Origin: Blastocatellia bacterium
Lineage (GTDB): Bacteria > Acidobacteriota > Blastocatellia > UBA7656
Reading direction: 5' to 3'
Length of the DNA stretch: 64,000 bases
Assembly (NCBI GenBank): GCA_963765495.1
Contig: CAVXWP010000008.1
Location: 96,001 to 160,000, forward strand
Program-made: the position numbers and the translations under genes
Notes under the pieces: model-generated
What the model was told of the DNA's origin: nothing
Database searches by the model: none
Seen by the model: only the letters and a program-made list of their open reading frames with translations
In this document: piece after piece, positions 39,690 to 50,271 of the stretch
Layout: each line of letters begins with the position of its first letter
Numbering within the stretch: position 1 is the first letter of the stretch

Positions 39690-42089
39690 TCAGCTTTGCT
39701 GATTCACTATTCGCCAGATGTTTTCGGGTCTGACCGGCATATCGAGATGGCGCACGCCAAAAGGCGAGAGCGCGTCAACAACCGCGTTGACTATGGCCGG
39801 AGTAGCGCCTATGGTCCCGGCCTCGCCCACGCCTTTCACTCCCATCGGGTTTACGGGCGAGGGGGTCTCGGTGCGGTCGAGTTCGAGCCACGGAATCATA
39901 GCCGCTTTCGGCACCGCGTAATCCATCAGGGTGCCGGTCACAAGCTGGCCCTGTTCGTCGTAAACTACCTCTTCGTAGAGCGCCTGTCCGAGCGCCTGCA
40001 CGATCCCGCCGTGTATCTGTCCTTCGACCAGCATCGGGTTTATCACCTTGCCGCAATCGTCTACGGCGACATAGCGGAGGAATTTCAAATCTCCCGTATC
40101 GCGGTCTATCTCTACTACGGCGATGTGAGTGCCAAAGGGGAAGGTGAAATTTGCAGGCTCGAAAAAGTATGTTGCCGAAAGCCCCGGTTCCATCCCCGGC
40201 GGAATCTCTCTGGCCAGATGAGCCGCCAAAGCGATGTCTTGCAACGAGAGGCTCTTGCCGTCGGAAGGCTCAGGGATAGCGGCTGCCGGGGCCTGTCCGG
40301 CGGGAACGACGGGCTCGGGCACTTCTTCGGCAGCCGCCGCCTTCGCAGCCGCTTTAGAGTAGCGCCCTTCATTGAACAGGACGCTCGCTTCTTCTGCTCC
40401 AAGCATGTGAGCCGCGATCTTTGAGGCTTTCTCTTTCAACTTTTCGATAGCGATATATACGGCGGTTCCTCCCACGGCCGTTGCACGGCTGCCGAATGTG
40501 CCTATGCCGTATTGAACTATCGAGGTGTCGCCGTGAATGACCGTCACATCTTCGATACTGACGCCAAGTTCATCGGCGGCGATCTGCGCGAATGATGTCT
40601 CCTGGCCCTGCCCGTGCGGAGACGCGCCTGTCAGGATCGTCACTTTGCCTGTAGGCTCGATCCTCACCGTGGCGCTCTCCCACCCACCGGCGGGCATGGC
40701 CTGTGAAGGGCCAAGCGCGCATATCTCGACGTAGGTGGAAACACCTATTCCTATCAATCGCCCCTCATCGCGCGCCTTCTTCTGCTCTTCGCGGAGTTTT
40801 TTGTAATCCGACATCTCAAGCGCCTTGTGGAGTGCGCCTTCATAGTTGCCGCTATCGTAGAAGAGACCAGTCGCGGTCTTGAATGGAAATTCATCGGGGG
40901 CAGGGAAGTTCTTGCGGCGAACCTCGACCGGGTCCATCCCGAGTTCTGCGGCTACGAGATCAAGGGCGCGCTCGACCACGTATGTGGCTTCGGGGCGGCC
41001 TGCTCCTCGATAAGCATCGGTCGCCATCTTGTTTGTAAATACGCCGGTCACATTCATCTGAATGGCCGGAATCTTGTAGCAACCCGAAAGCATCAGCCCG
41101 GTCAGCGTAGGTATAGCCGGTGTGAGTAACTGATGATAAGCGCCGAGGTCTGCGAACACGTCATAGCGAAGTCCCGTGATGGTTCCGTCGTTTTTGCAGC
41201 CGATTTCGATATAGCCCACCTGTCCGCGACCGTGTATGGTCGCCTGCATGTTTTCGCGCCTTGTTTCAATCCATTTCACGGGCTTTCCGAGTTGCATCGA
41301 AATCCAGCCAAGGAGCGCTTCTTCGGCATAGACGTTTAGCTTTGAGCCAAACCCGCCGCCCACTTCCGGTGTAATAACCCGCAGCTTGTTTTCAGGCATG
41401 CCGATCATCAGGGCTAGCTGGGTTCTGAGAAGATGAGGTATCTGCGTGGAAGACCAGATGGTGAGTTCCTGTTCGCCGGGCAAGTACCGGGCAAGCACGC
41501 CGCGCGGCTCCATTGCGATTGGCGCGAGGCGCTGATGCACGACCCTCTGTTTTATTATGTGGTCTGACTGGCCAAGAGCCGCGTCAATATCGCCTTCGCC
41601 CGCCGTGAGTTTATAAGCGATGTTGTCGCCGTATTCTTCATAGATGACGGGGCCGCCTTTTGCCGCCTCTTCCACATCGACGACCGCGTCCAGATCCTCG
41701 TAATCAACCATTATCAAATCAATCGCATCGCGGGCGGCGTAACGGTCGCTGGCGACCACGGCGGCTATGGGATGGCCTACGAAGACTACGTGGTCTGAGG
41801 CGAGCACTCGATAATCGGGGACCTTCAAATCAGGCAGAGCGCCCGCGCAGGGGACGGGGCCGATCTTTTCGGCTACATCCTTGCCGGTGTAGACGGCGAC
41901 CACCCCGGGCGCGTGCGCGGCTTCGCTCGTATCAATGCTTGTTATGCGCGCGTGGGCATACATCGAACGAAGGAATGCGACATAAAGCGTGTCGGGCAGC
42001 TTTATGTCATCAACGTAGTGACCGATGCCCTGAATCAAACGCGGGTCTTCTGTTCGTTTAACCCTCTGTCCAACGTATTTGTTTGCCAT
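39690..42089 (-). CDS. coxL: Molybdopterin large subunit, form II CODH-like
   Basis: GGGFGSK, AYRGAGR active-site loop, HGQG, GTFGSR, KGVGEAG. Confidence 0.9.
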   Translation of the reverse strand: MANKYVGQRVKRTEDPRLIQGIGHYVDDIKLPDTLYVAFLRSMYAHARITSIDTSEAAHAPGVVAVYTGKDVAEKIGPVPCAGALPDLKVPDYRVLASDHVVFVGHPIAAVVASDRYAARDAIDLIMVDYEDLDAVVDVEEAAKGGPVIYEEYGDNIAYKLTAGEGDIDAALGQSDHIIKQRVVHQRLAPIAMEPRGVLARYLPGEQELTIWSSTQIPHLLRTQLALMIGMPENKLRVITPEVGGGFGSKLNVYAEEALLGWISMQLGKPVKWIETRRENMQATIHGRGQVGYIEIGCKNDGTITGLRYDVFADLGAYHQLLTPAIPTLTGLMLSGCYKIPAIQMNVTGVFTNKMATDAYRGAGRPEATYVVERALDLVAAELGMDPVEVRRKNFPAPDEFPFKTATGLFYDSGNYEGALHKALEMSDYKKLREEQKKARDEGRLIGIGVSTYVEICALGPSQAMPAGGWESATVRIEPTGKVTILTGASPHGQGQETSFAQIAADELGVSIEDVTVIHGDTSIVQYGIGTFGSRATAVGGTAVYIAIEKLKEKASKIAAHMLGAEEASVLFNEGRYSKAAAKAAAAEEVPEPVVPAGQAPAAAIPEPSDGKSLSLQDIALAAHLAREIPPGMEPGLSATYFFEPANFTFPFGTHIAVVEIDRDTGDLKFLRYVAVDDCGKVINPMLVEGQIHGGIVQALGQALYEEVVYDEQGQLVTGTLMDYAVPKAAMIPWLELDRTETPSPVNPMGVKGVGEAGTIGATPAIVNAVVDALSPFGVRHLDMPVRPENIWRIVNQQS

Positions 42090-42100
42090 AGTTCTTCTCC

Positions 42101-42234
42101 CTGATTCGTGGAGAGTGATACGTCTAATGATACGCGATGCGCGATGCGTGATTTACCTGATTTACACTTTGTCGTTAAAGAGCGGGCTCACCTGAAGTCA
42201 CGGATCACGGATCACGCATCATTAGACGTATCAC
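42101..42234. repeat. Heptamer-armed palindromic element, 44-bp core
   Basis: Degenerate GTGAT/GCGAT arm, core 42153-42196, (TCACGGA)n arm; between coxS and coxL. Confidence 0.85.
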
Positions 42235-42719
42235 TCTCCTGCGGCAGCCTGACTCTTCATCTTGCGGGCGGCGTATTGGACGGCTTCGACTATGTTTTGA
42301 TAGCCGGTACATCGGCACAGATTGCCTTCGAGGCCGTGTCTGATCTCTTCATCGCCGGGGTCGGGGTTGTGCTCCAGAATTTGCGCCGCCGCTATTATCA
42401 TGCCGGGCGTACAGTAGCCACATTGCAAACCGTGCTGTTCCCAGAATCCTTCCTGAACCGGATGAAGCTGTCCGTCGGTGGCAAGCCCTTCGATAGTCTT
42501 TACGCTTGCGCCGTCGGCCTGTACGGCAAGGATTGTGCACGATTTGACCGCCTGATTATCCAGCATCACCGTACAGGCTCCGCAGATGGATGTTTCGCAG
42601 CCCACGTGCGTTCCGGTGAGGCCGAGCACCTCTCTGAGGTAGTGGACCAGCAACAGGCGCGGCTCGATTTCGTGCCGGTGATCGGCTCCATTCACATTTA
42701 TGGTGATAGCTTTTTTCAT
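42231..42719 (-). CDS. coxS: 2Fe-2S small subunit
   Basis: [30 protein letters not shown]. Confidence 0.93.
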   Translation of the reverse strand: MKKAITINVNGADHRHEIEPRLLLVHYLREVLGLTGTHVGCETSICGACTVMLDNQAVKSCTILAVQADGASVKTIEGLATDGQLHPVQEGFWEQHGLQCGYCTPGMIIAAAQILEHNPDPGDEEIRHGLEGNLCRCTGYQNIVEAVQYAARKMKSQAAAGE

Positions 42720-42982
42720 CTAAGCCACCTCGCTTGATTTTAACATCCGGCCCGTGGCGTGGCGGCCGGTTTATCGGGTCTGAAAAGTCAATATTGCAGT
42801 AGCTTTAACAAGCCATAAATCGTTTCTCCCCGGTTGGCCGCATACTAGCACTTGGGAAAACGAGATTCAAGCGCGCGCCTTGCGCGGAGAGCTAATTCCT
42901 TCTCAACTTTCAGTGATTTCCTAATCTATCAACAGATCAGGCTGAAGACTATCGGGCGCTGAATTTCTTATAAGCTTTATTG

Positions 42983-43843
42983 TCAAAGCAAGTCCGGTAC
43001 CTTGACCGCCTTCGCCCGGTCCTTTTCTATCTGTTTGGCCTCGTCCCACAGGGCGTCCATCTCCGTGTGATCCGAATCCGATGGCTTGCGCCCCTGCTCT
43101 CTGAGGCGGGCTTCGATATGGCGGAATCGTCGTCGGAACTTTCTGTTGGAACCTTTGAGCGCGCTTTCCGGGTCAACGCCGAGCAGCCGGGCCACGTTCA
43201 CGGCTACAAAGAGCAGGTCTCCGACTTCGCCCGCGATTTCCTGATGATTTGCTTCTTCGCTTGAGACGGCCATCTTTAACTCTTCGACCTCTTCGTCGAG
43301 TTTCTCAAGAACCGAAGCGACATCGGGCCAGTCAAAATCTACGCGGGCAACTTTTGTGGTCATCTGAAAGGCTTCCATCACGGCGGGAAGCCTGGTCGAA
43401 ACACTGTCGAGCATCGAAGTGTTCTCATCCGTCGCTTTGCCTTTGGCTTTTAGCTCGGCCTCCTTTATGGCCTCCCAGTTGCGGAGCACTTCGCCCGACG
43501 TCTCGGCTTTGTCTTCGCCAAAGACGTGGGGGTGACGTCGAATCATCTTAGACGATACGCGATTCGTAACATCCGCGATGGTAAAACGGTCCTCTTCGGC
43601 GGCTATCTGGCTGTGAAAGACTACCTGCAACAAGAGGTCCCCGAGCTCGCCCATAAACTCTTCGTCATTGCCTTCGTCGATGGATTCGATCACCTCGTAG
43701 GCTTCTTCGAGCAGCATAGGTTTCAGGCTTTCGTGTGTCTGTTCGCGGTCCCACGGGCAGCCTCCCGGCGCTCTCAGTCGCGCTATCAACTCCACCAGAT
43801 CGCCGAAGCTCTTGCCCCCATTCTTCTCAGATGAATCATTCAT
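42983..43843 (-). CDS. mazG: Nucleoside triphosphate pyrophosphohydrolase MazG
   Basis: LRAPGGCPWDREQTH, EEAYE, ELGDLLLQVVFH, RRHPHVF, EVGDLLF. Confidence 0.96.
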   Translation of the reverse strand: MNDSSEKNGGKSFGDLVELIARLRAPGGCPWDREQTHESLKPMLLEEAYEVIESIDEGNDEEFMGELGDLLLQVVFHSQIAAEEDRFTIADVTNRVSSKMIRRHPHVFGEDKAETSGEVLRNWEAIKEAELKAKGKATDENTSMLDSVSTRLPAVMEAFQMTTKVARVDFDWPDVASVLEKLDEEVEELKMAVSSEEANHQEIAGEVGDLLFVAVNVARLLGVDPESALKGSNRKFRRRFRHIEARLREQGRKPSDSDHTEMDALWDEAKQIEKDRAKAVKVPDLL

Positions 43844-43957
43844 ACCTCGAATTTACAGGAACCCCTCCGGCCTGAGCAAGGCATCGGTCGGTGAAGAGAC
43901 TTGACACTTTCCCACAAACCAGACTTATTCTTCATGAAGGTCAAAAACTTTAAGCCT

Positions 43958-45055
43958 ATGAAACGACATTCCAGCGACACGAAGAGAACCGAAATTGGCG
44001 AGTATGATCCATTCGTCCGAGGGCGATTCCCCGTTGGCGTGCGTACGATCCAGGCGTTTGACACGGTACGAAACCGACTTTTTCCTTGTGAGATATGGTA
44101 TCCGGCGGCTGCGCAACACGCGGATCAGGATACTGCACCAGACACCCGAGATTTCTTCACCGTTCCGCCAGACGACACACTACGGAGTCAAATGGCTGTG
44201 CGCGATGCCGCAGCCCTGCCCGGAACCTATCCGTTGATCATTTATTCGCATGGCAGCGCGCGAGGTGCGCGACGGATGGCCACGTTTCTTACGACACACC
44301 TGAGCAGCCGGGGGTATGTGGTCGCGGCCCTGGATCATTCTGAGGTTGTGGCCGCTGAACTCGCCCCCGGAAAGAATGAGACAAAGGAAGAAAAGAGGGC
44401 TCGGGCGGAGGCCGTGATTGCCAACCGTGTGCCTGATATACGAGTTCTCCTCGATCATCTGCTTGAGGGCGCAGCGTGGGAGTCGGGAATCAGCATAGAC
44501 CCTGCTCAGATCGCAATTGTGGGATACAGTTTCGGAGGATGGACAGCACTTGCCGCGACTGCCGTCGAGTGGCGCATCCGGGCAGTGGTGGCGCTCGTGC
44601 CTGCCGGTAGCTCCAGGCCGAAACCCGGGATTCTTCCGGTGAAACTGACATTCAATTGGGGCCGTGATGTGCCTGCGCTTTATCTGGTTGCCGAAAACGA
44701 TACTATGACCCCGCTTGTCGGGATGTATGAGCTGTTTGCAAGGACTCCGGCAACAAAACAGATGGTCATCTTGCGCAGCGCCGACCACCTACATTTCCTG
44801 GACAATGCCGAGCAAGAGCACGAGTCAGCGCGGACAATGGAGTGGCCCGAAGAGTTAGCCTGGATTCCAAAGGAGATGCGGCCAATTGCGGAACTCTGCT
44901 CGGGGGAACAGGCTCACATATTCGCGCGTGGACTCACGCTCTCTCACATGGATGCCATATTGAGACGACGCGAAGAAGCGCAGCGCTTTTTGCTTGGGGA
45001 TATTAAAGCCGAACTTGCAATGCGAGGCGTCGATGCGATTGTGTATAAGCCCTGA
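43958..45055 (+). CDS. Alpha/beta hydrolase (PAF-acetylhydrolase/dienelactone hydrolase-like)
   Basis: EIWYPA, YPLIIYSHG, GYVVAALDH, GYSFGG, ADHLHF; start uncertain. Confidence 0.85.
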   Translation: MKRHSSDTKRTEIGEYDPFVRGRFPVGVRTIQAFDTVRNRLFPCEIWYPAAAQHADQDTAPDTRDFFTVPPDDTLRSQMAVRDAAALPGTYPLIIYSHGSARGARRMATFLTTHLSSRGYVVAALDHSEVVAAELAPGKNETKEEKRARAEAVIANRVPDIRVLLDHLLEGAAWESGISIDPAQIAIVGYSFGGWTALAATAVEWRIRAVVALVPAGSSRPKPGILPVKLTFNWGRDVPALYLVAENDTMTPLVGMYELFARTPATKQMVILRSADHLHFLDNAEQEHESARTMEWPEELAWIPKEMRPIAELCSGEQAHIFARGLTLSHMDAILRRREEAQRFLLGDIKAELAMRGVDAIVYKP

Positions 45056-45200
45056 CAAGGCTGACGCGCATTAAGACTCTCTTCACACCTTCAACCACAT
45101 CTGGCCGATGAAAGCGTCAGGGGGCAGGAACTTTTCTGCGCCGACAGTGTCTAAATCTGCGAGTTCTTCTTCTAACTTTATTTTGATGATTGGAGGTGAA

Positions 45201-45650
45201 ATGAAATACGAAACTGCTCAGGGACCAATTCGTAGGATGCTTTCCTTTAAACCTGAACCGAACATTAATGTTACGCCGCTCATTGATGTCCTGCTTGTTC
45301 TTCTGATCATCTTTATGGTGATTCAGCCTCATAGAGAATCAAAGTTTGAGTCACAAATTCCCAAAAAGCCCAGAGAAAACCCCGAGGAGAGACCCACCCC
45401 GCCACCCGATCTCTTAGTGGTTGAGGTGAAGACGGGTGCCGGGCTTGACCAGACAGTCGAGTTGAACTCCACCCCAATGTCCTTGCTGGAATTGGGACCC
45501 GTACTCAAGGAAGTGCTTGAACAACGTCTGACCAGAACTGTTTACATCAAAGCTCCAAAAGAGAAACAGTATGGAGATGTTGTAGATGTTATTGATGTAT
45601 TGAAGGGAGCAGGCGCTCAACCGATAGGATTGCAGATAGATTATCTTTAA
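45201..45650 (+). CDS. exbD: ExbD/TolR family protein
   Basis: INVTPLIDVLLVLLIIFMV, YG.VV.V.D; GGAGG RBS. Confidence 0.88.
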   Translation: MKYETAQGPIRRMLSFKPEPNINVTPLIDVLLVLLIIFMVIQPHRESKFESQIPKKPRENPEERPTPPPDLLVVEVKTGAGLDQTVELNSTPMSLLELGPVLKEVLEQRLTRTVYIKAPKEKQYGDVVDVIDVLKGAGAQPIGLQIDYL

Positions 45651-45655
45651 TCAAA

Positions 45656-47836
45656 TCATCTGATCTTATAAATCACATTGCCAAATTTATCACTGTAGAC
45701 CTGGTCAAGAAACTTGCTGCTGTACAGTTCCAGGATTGCCCAGTTCATTAGCTGTGCCTGATAATCCGGGCCGGCTTTGATCGGGAGACCGGAAATGTTC
45801 GGGTAATTCTCTCGCCCCATCTCTGCTACGAATGTGAATAACCCGTAAGCTACCCAGATGTAATTTACGCCTCGCCCTTTCATATCCTGGTTGAGTTCTT
45901 CTAACGACTTGTTGCGAATAAGCAGCCGCCGCCACTCGGTCGAATCCCAGTTTACATCCGCGATATAGTCGCGCTTGAGGTCGTAGCAGGTCTGGGCTCC
46001 GATCAACATCACACGCGACCCTTCAGGGGTTGAATTGTTTATGAAATAGGAAGGAGGATAGTAGTAAAAATTCCTCATATAATCGGTCCGTGAGATAGCG
46101 CCTGTCGTGAAGTTCAGGTCGTTTGAGTTCTTATATTGGCTGAGGCTCAATAAGATGGTGGGGCCAAGTGTACATGCCAGGGCGATGGTCGAGATCCACT
46201 TCTTTCTTGAATAAGGTGATTGATGCTGTATTGCCCAATCGGTGCGGGCAGTCAGCTCGATGATAGTATAGGCGCTGATCAACGTAAGTGCCGGATAAGT
46301 TGGCAATAGGAGTCGCGCTATCCAGGATGTCTGTATAGCGGCGAGAAAAAAGACCAGGCTGAATATCCCGAGCCATATTAACCATCGGACTCTGCCGACA
46401 AATACAAATAGCGGGGCAAATAAAAAGAGATAATTTGGGTAATGAAAATTTTCGGCCATGTTATAGGTATCCGACTTTGTGAAGTACTCCCAGAATCGAA
46501 GTGGGTGTCGACTTACCCGTCTTGATGCTGCTCTTGCCATCTCTATTTCCCGCTGTCTTACAAGCTCGGGCATCTCGCTGCGCGTCCTCGCATAATGGGC
46601 ATCCAGTTTGGCTTGATCGTCGGCATTAAAGTAGCGTACCTGCCCCGGAGCAAGCTCTGCCACCTCGCCTGTTACAAACGGATAGACAGGGTTTCCAAAC
46701 CAGATGAAATTCTTGATAAACCACGGTGAGGCCAATGCCGCAAGAATGGCTGAGTAGATTATCCCCCTCTTTATTATAGTTAGAGCGCCGTCCTTGCCCC
46801 GCGTGAAACTTTCTACCAGATACATGACGCCGAGCAGGATTATATAGATCCCGGCAGAGTACTTTATCCCAAGACTAAAACCTGAAAGCATCGCCGAGGC
46901 ATAAAGCCATCCCTTTTGGCGGGTCTCGAAATATGTCATCATCGCGTAGGCGGCCAAAAACAACATTCCAGCCAGCGAAACATCTATTCGAGATGTGATC
47001 GCTACTTCGACAACCATACCCGTGGCAAAGAAGCCAAACATCGCAAACAACCCGACGCGACGCGTAAGAAAACGCAGGCTGAATCCATAGAGCGCAAGCG
47101 AGCAAACCACGGCCAGGCACAGGCTGAAAAGTTTAGCCGCGATATCGGATTTGGCAATCAGGCAAATGGCGTAGATCATCTGGATCAGAAAGGGCATGTT
47201 ACCGGCCCAGTTGTCGGTTACAGGGAAGACGCGACCTCGTTCGACAAATAATTTTGTGACCGATAGATGATAAATGGCTTCATCAGGAGTATGCGGAGGC
47301 GTCAGGGTGCGCAAGGCAAGGATGAATATCAAAGTAACGAAGAGTAAAGTAAATAATAGATTAAACCTTGTCGACTTAATGCCTGCAATTCCTCTCTCAA
47401 TTGCCGTCAGCAGTGTTTCACCCTCTCGCCAGGATGGAATGATCAATAAGACGATGACCAGAACAACCGGGAGCGGTGTGAGAAGACCGGCAAGACCTAA
47501 TCCAAGTATCAGAAGGCCGAGTATTCCGACCCCTATCATTATTGAAAATGAAAGTTCTTCGGCAACATTCGCAAACTCAATTGATAAGAGTCTCGCGCTT
47601 TTGCGTCCAATCGCAAAGCATACACCTGTCAATCCGAGGGCCAGAGTTATATCAAATATTCGGTCAAATATTAGTGTCGCTCCCCTATAGTTCTCTCCCA
47701 GTCGTGTAAACTCGATGTGAGCGTAAAACAGCCCAGCTCCAATCAGCGCAGCCAGTATAAAGACCAGATAAGACGATATTCTGCTTCTATCCTTAACCAT
47801 GGGGTTCGCACTAATCATCGTGTTTAATCTATCCAT
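45656..47836 (-). CDS. GT-C membrane glycosyltransferase (family 39/ArnT-like)
   Basis: Many TM helices; PP..DE..YHL...K.F, GIKY, PWFIKN....GNPVYPF, RLLLP. Confidence 0.8.
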   Translation of the reverse strand: MDRLNTMISANPMVKDRSRISSYLVFILAALIGAGLFYAHIEFTRLGENYRGATLIFDRIFDITLALGLTGVCFAIGRKSARLLSIEFANVAEELSFSIMIGVGILGLLILGLGLAGLLTPLPVVLVIVLLIIPSWREGETLLTAIERGIAGIKSTRFNLLFTLLFVTLIFILALRTLTPPHTPDEAIYHLSVTKLFVERGRVFPVTDNWAGNMPFLIQMIYAICLIAKSDIAAKLFSLCLAVVCSLALYGFSLRFLTRRVGLFAMFGFFATGMVVEVAITSRIDVSLAGMLFLAAYAMMTYFETRQKGWLYASAMLSGFSLGIKYSAGIYIILLGVMYLVESFTRGKDGALTIIKRGIIYSAILAALASPWFIKNFIWFGNPVYPFVTGEVAELAPGQVRYFNADDQAKLDAHYARTRSEMPELVRQREIEMARAASRRVSRHPLRFWEYFTKSDTYNMAENFHYPNYLFLFAPLFVFVGRVRWLIWLGIFSLVFFLAAIQTSWIARLLLPTYPALTLISAYTIIELTARTDWAIQHQSPYSRKKWISTIALACTLGPTILLSLSQYKNSNDLNFTTGAISRTDYMRNFYYYPPSYFINNSTPEGSRVMLIGAQTCYDLKRDYIADVNWDSTEWRRLLIRNKSLEELNQDMKGRGVNYIWVAYGLFTFVAEMGRENYPNISGLPIKAGPDYQAQLMNWAILELYSSKFLDQVYSDKFGNVIYKIR

Positions 47837-48003
47837 ATTTTTATTTGAATCCCCGCAGCCAGCCTAAACGCCAAACCGCTAGATGTAAAGTGTTTGATTT
47901 TACTGTCCTGCTTTAGGAGAAAAGCGAGGCCGGGCTGGGAAAGAGTGCGGAATGTAATGACAGGCCGTAATTGGACGGCCTGACCGGAAATTCCAATTCC
48001 GCT

Positions 48004-48954
48004 TTATTGGCTCGTTAGCTGGCTCAGGTAATATTCCATGAATTCATTCCGTCTGGGCTCCAGGCAAACGGTTACGGGCTTGCCGCGTTCCCGGTCTATG
48101 CGTGTGTAGCCTTGATCGTCAACGATAAGCGGCAGCTTTTCCTGCTTCACGAAGAAGCTGCCCGGGCTGGCCGTTTCGGCGACGGCAAGTTGATCGTGCA
48201 GCGTCATGCGCTGTGTCGGGCTGCTGAGCCACAAACGATAGAGACATTCCAGCGCATAGGTGAGCGGTGAATGGTGATCAGCCACGCGCTTGCGTTCTTC
48301 ATCGCTCAACTGCACGTGCGTAGTCGCATCCAGCGGCACAATCGTCAACGGCAAACCGGCGCTATAGACCAGTTGCGCATCCCTGGTGGATTGATAGACG
48401 TTCCATTCCCGCACGGGTTTGTCGGGGCTAAACGACGCGCCGTAAACACACCCGCTCATCAACACGACGCGCTTCACGTACCTGGCTAAATCGGGCTCTT
48501 TACGCAATGCGTCAGCGATGTTCTGCAACGGACCTACGGCGATCAGGGTAACCTGGCCCGGGTAACGTCTAACCGTTTCTACGATAAAGTCAGCGGCGGA
48601 TTTCCTGGCCGGTCGTTTGGCCGTAAAGTCTTCGGCCCATGAGAATTGCGGAGAAACATTATCGTTTGTCTTGCGCCCTACAAAAACGGGTATGTCGTCG
48701 TGGTTAGTAAGGTGTAGTAATTTGCACGCGACCTTTGCGCGTTCCGGAGTGTTGCCGTGTGTTATTGTGACGCCGAGCGGCTCAAAGCCCTGATATGAAA
48801 TCAAGAAGCCAAGAGCCCACGCGTCGTCAATGTCGTCGGCGATATCTGTGTCTAAAATTACCTTGACCCTGCCGCCTTGCGCCGCCCCGCTCGCAGGGCA
48901 TAAAGCAAGGAAAACAGCAGTAAACAGGTATAAAAACATGGTTCGTTTGGTCAC
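48004..48954 (-). CDS. Nucleoside hydrolase (IU-NH family) with signal peptide
   Basis: DTDIADDIDD, AVGPLQN, MSG, EWN, PLD, LHD. Confidence 0.9.
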   Translation of the reverse strand: MTKRTMFLYLFTAVFLALCPASGAAQGGRVKVILDTDIADDIDDAWALGFLISYQGFEPLGVTITHGNTPERAKVACKLLHLTNHDDIPVFVGRKTNDNVSPQFSWAEDFTAKRPARKSAADFIVETVRRYPGQVTLIAVGPLQNIADALRKEPDLARYVKRVVLMSGCVYGASFSPDKPVREWNVYQSTRDAQLVYSAGLPLTIVPLDATTHVQLSDEERKRVADHHSPLTYALECLYRLWLSSPTQRMTLHDQLAVAETASPGSFFVKQEKLPLIVDDQGYTRIDRERGKPVTVCLEPRRNEFMEYYLSQLTSQ

Positions 48955-48955
48955 T

Positions 48956-49912
48956 TTATTTCCTCAAAACAATATCCACGATCAATGGGAAATGGTCCGA
49001 CCCTACATCGGGGCCGACTGACCGATCTTTTATTCCGATCCCTTCCGATATCAGACAGAAATCAATCGGTATTCTATACAGGATTGAGTCTGTTGGCCAT
49101 GTAGAACAAATCCCTCTACCTTTTGAGCTGTCTACAAGGGCGGCCTTTTTTACCAGCTTTCCGAAAGAGTATGACCAGGGAGAGGTGTTCAAATCGCCCA
49201 GTAATAACTTCTGATCCGGTATCTGAGCCAGATATTCTGCAACCGCCTCGATCTGGTCATCTCTAAACCTCGAATAAATCCCGCTTATCGGGGGTGGAGG
49301 GTGTGTTCCAAGCACCGCTAGCCGTTGTTGGCCGACATCGAATTCCGCGCTGATCGAGGGCGCTCCAGTTTCGCCAAAATAGATGATCTCGCATTTATCA
49401 CAGACCAGCTTGCTGTAGAGGGCTATCCCGGAATTATCGTCACGAGGCTCGCACTTTCGATAGGGATATAGGGGATAAAGTTGCTCTAATTCTTCTACCC
49501 ATGCCCGATTGACCTCGGTTAGCAATATGATGTCCGGGTCTCTGGCTTTAATAAGCTCTCTGACGAGATCGTATCTTTGATTCGCGGAATTGACATTAAG
49601 CGATAACACTCTAAGCACCGTCCGATTATCATCGGCAGCCGGGGGGACTGGCAGGTAGTAGGGGAGAATAGAGACGAGATTTACTGCGGCACATAATCCA
49701 AAGAGGATAGATTCTCGAAAGCGCCGCAATAGCAGCAGGCATATTAATATCGGCAAAATTGACAGAAGGTATTGCACCCGAAAGTGTGAAAAGAGATCGA
49801 ATACCCAAAATAAACCTCCGGCGAAACCCAGAATTGTGAGCAGGCAGATGATAGTACCGGGAGCAGTTAATAGCCCATATACTACAATCTGTTTGCCGGG
49901 AAACTTGCGCAT
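48956..49912 (-). CDS. Membrane-anchored endonuclease/exonuclease/phosphatase family protein
   Basis: 3 N-terminal TM segments; SLNV, GDLNTSPWS, TWP, PID, GSDHFP. Confidence 0.88.
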   Translation of the reverse strand: MRKFPGKQIVVYGLLTAPGTIICLLTILGFAGGLFWVFDLFSHFRVQYLLSILPILICLLLLRRFRESILFGLCAAVNLVSILPYYLPVPPAADDNRTVLRVLSLNVNSANQRYDLVRELIKARDPDIILLTEVNRAWVEELEQLYPLYPYRKCEPRDDNSGIALYSKLVCDKCEIIYFGETGAPSISAEFDVGQQRLAVLGTHPPPPISGIYSRFRDDQIEAVAEYLAQIPDQKLLLGDLNTSPWSYSFGKLVKKAALVDSSKGRGICSTWPTDSILYRIPIDFCLISEGIGIKDRSVGPDVGSDHFPLIVDIVLRK

Positions 49913-49974
49913 ATGGCCTATTTCCGATTAGCCTGCCTTGAAACTCCGTTTGTTCCAATCTTCTGCATTTCGAT

Positions 49975-50271
49975 TTAGTGTAGAGACTCCTCACAAAACG
50001 CATCTATGGCAGCCGGTATGTCCGCAGTCGAGGCGGGTATCACCGTGCAATTGGGTATGCTGGAAGCGTAGAGGTCCGAGACTTCAGCCGGATGGATCGG
50101 GTCGTCGCCACGCACAAGCAATGTCGGAACGCGCAGAGAGTTTAAGTCTTGGGCGGAGGCAAAGGGCTGCGCGCCCGAAACGATAAAGTGGCTCGTCGCC
50201 ACTACGCTGGCCGGGTCGAATCCTTCTAACATCGCGAGCGCCTTCTCTCTAACTTCCGGCGGCAGGTTCGA
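49975..50271 (-). pseudogene. C-terminal fragment of an alpha/beta hydrolase
   Basis: NLPPEVREKALAMLEGFDP...VPTLLVRGDDPIHP; nucleophile half absent; frame closed by a stop near 50290. Confidence 0.6.

Noticed and set aside
38686-39702. 338-aa plus-strand ORF
   Set aside because: Antisense shadow of coxM with no recognisable motifs.
39690-42089. Bona fide form I CO dehydrogenase
   Set aside because: Active-site loop is AYRGAGR rather than AYXCSFR, and gene order is S-L-M.
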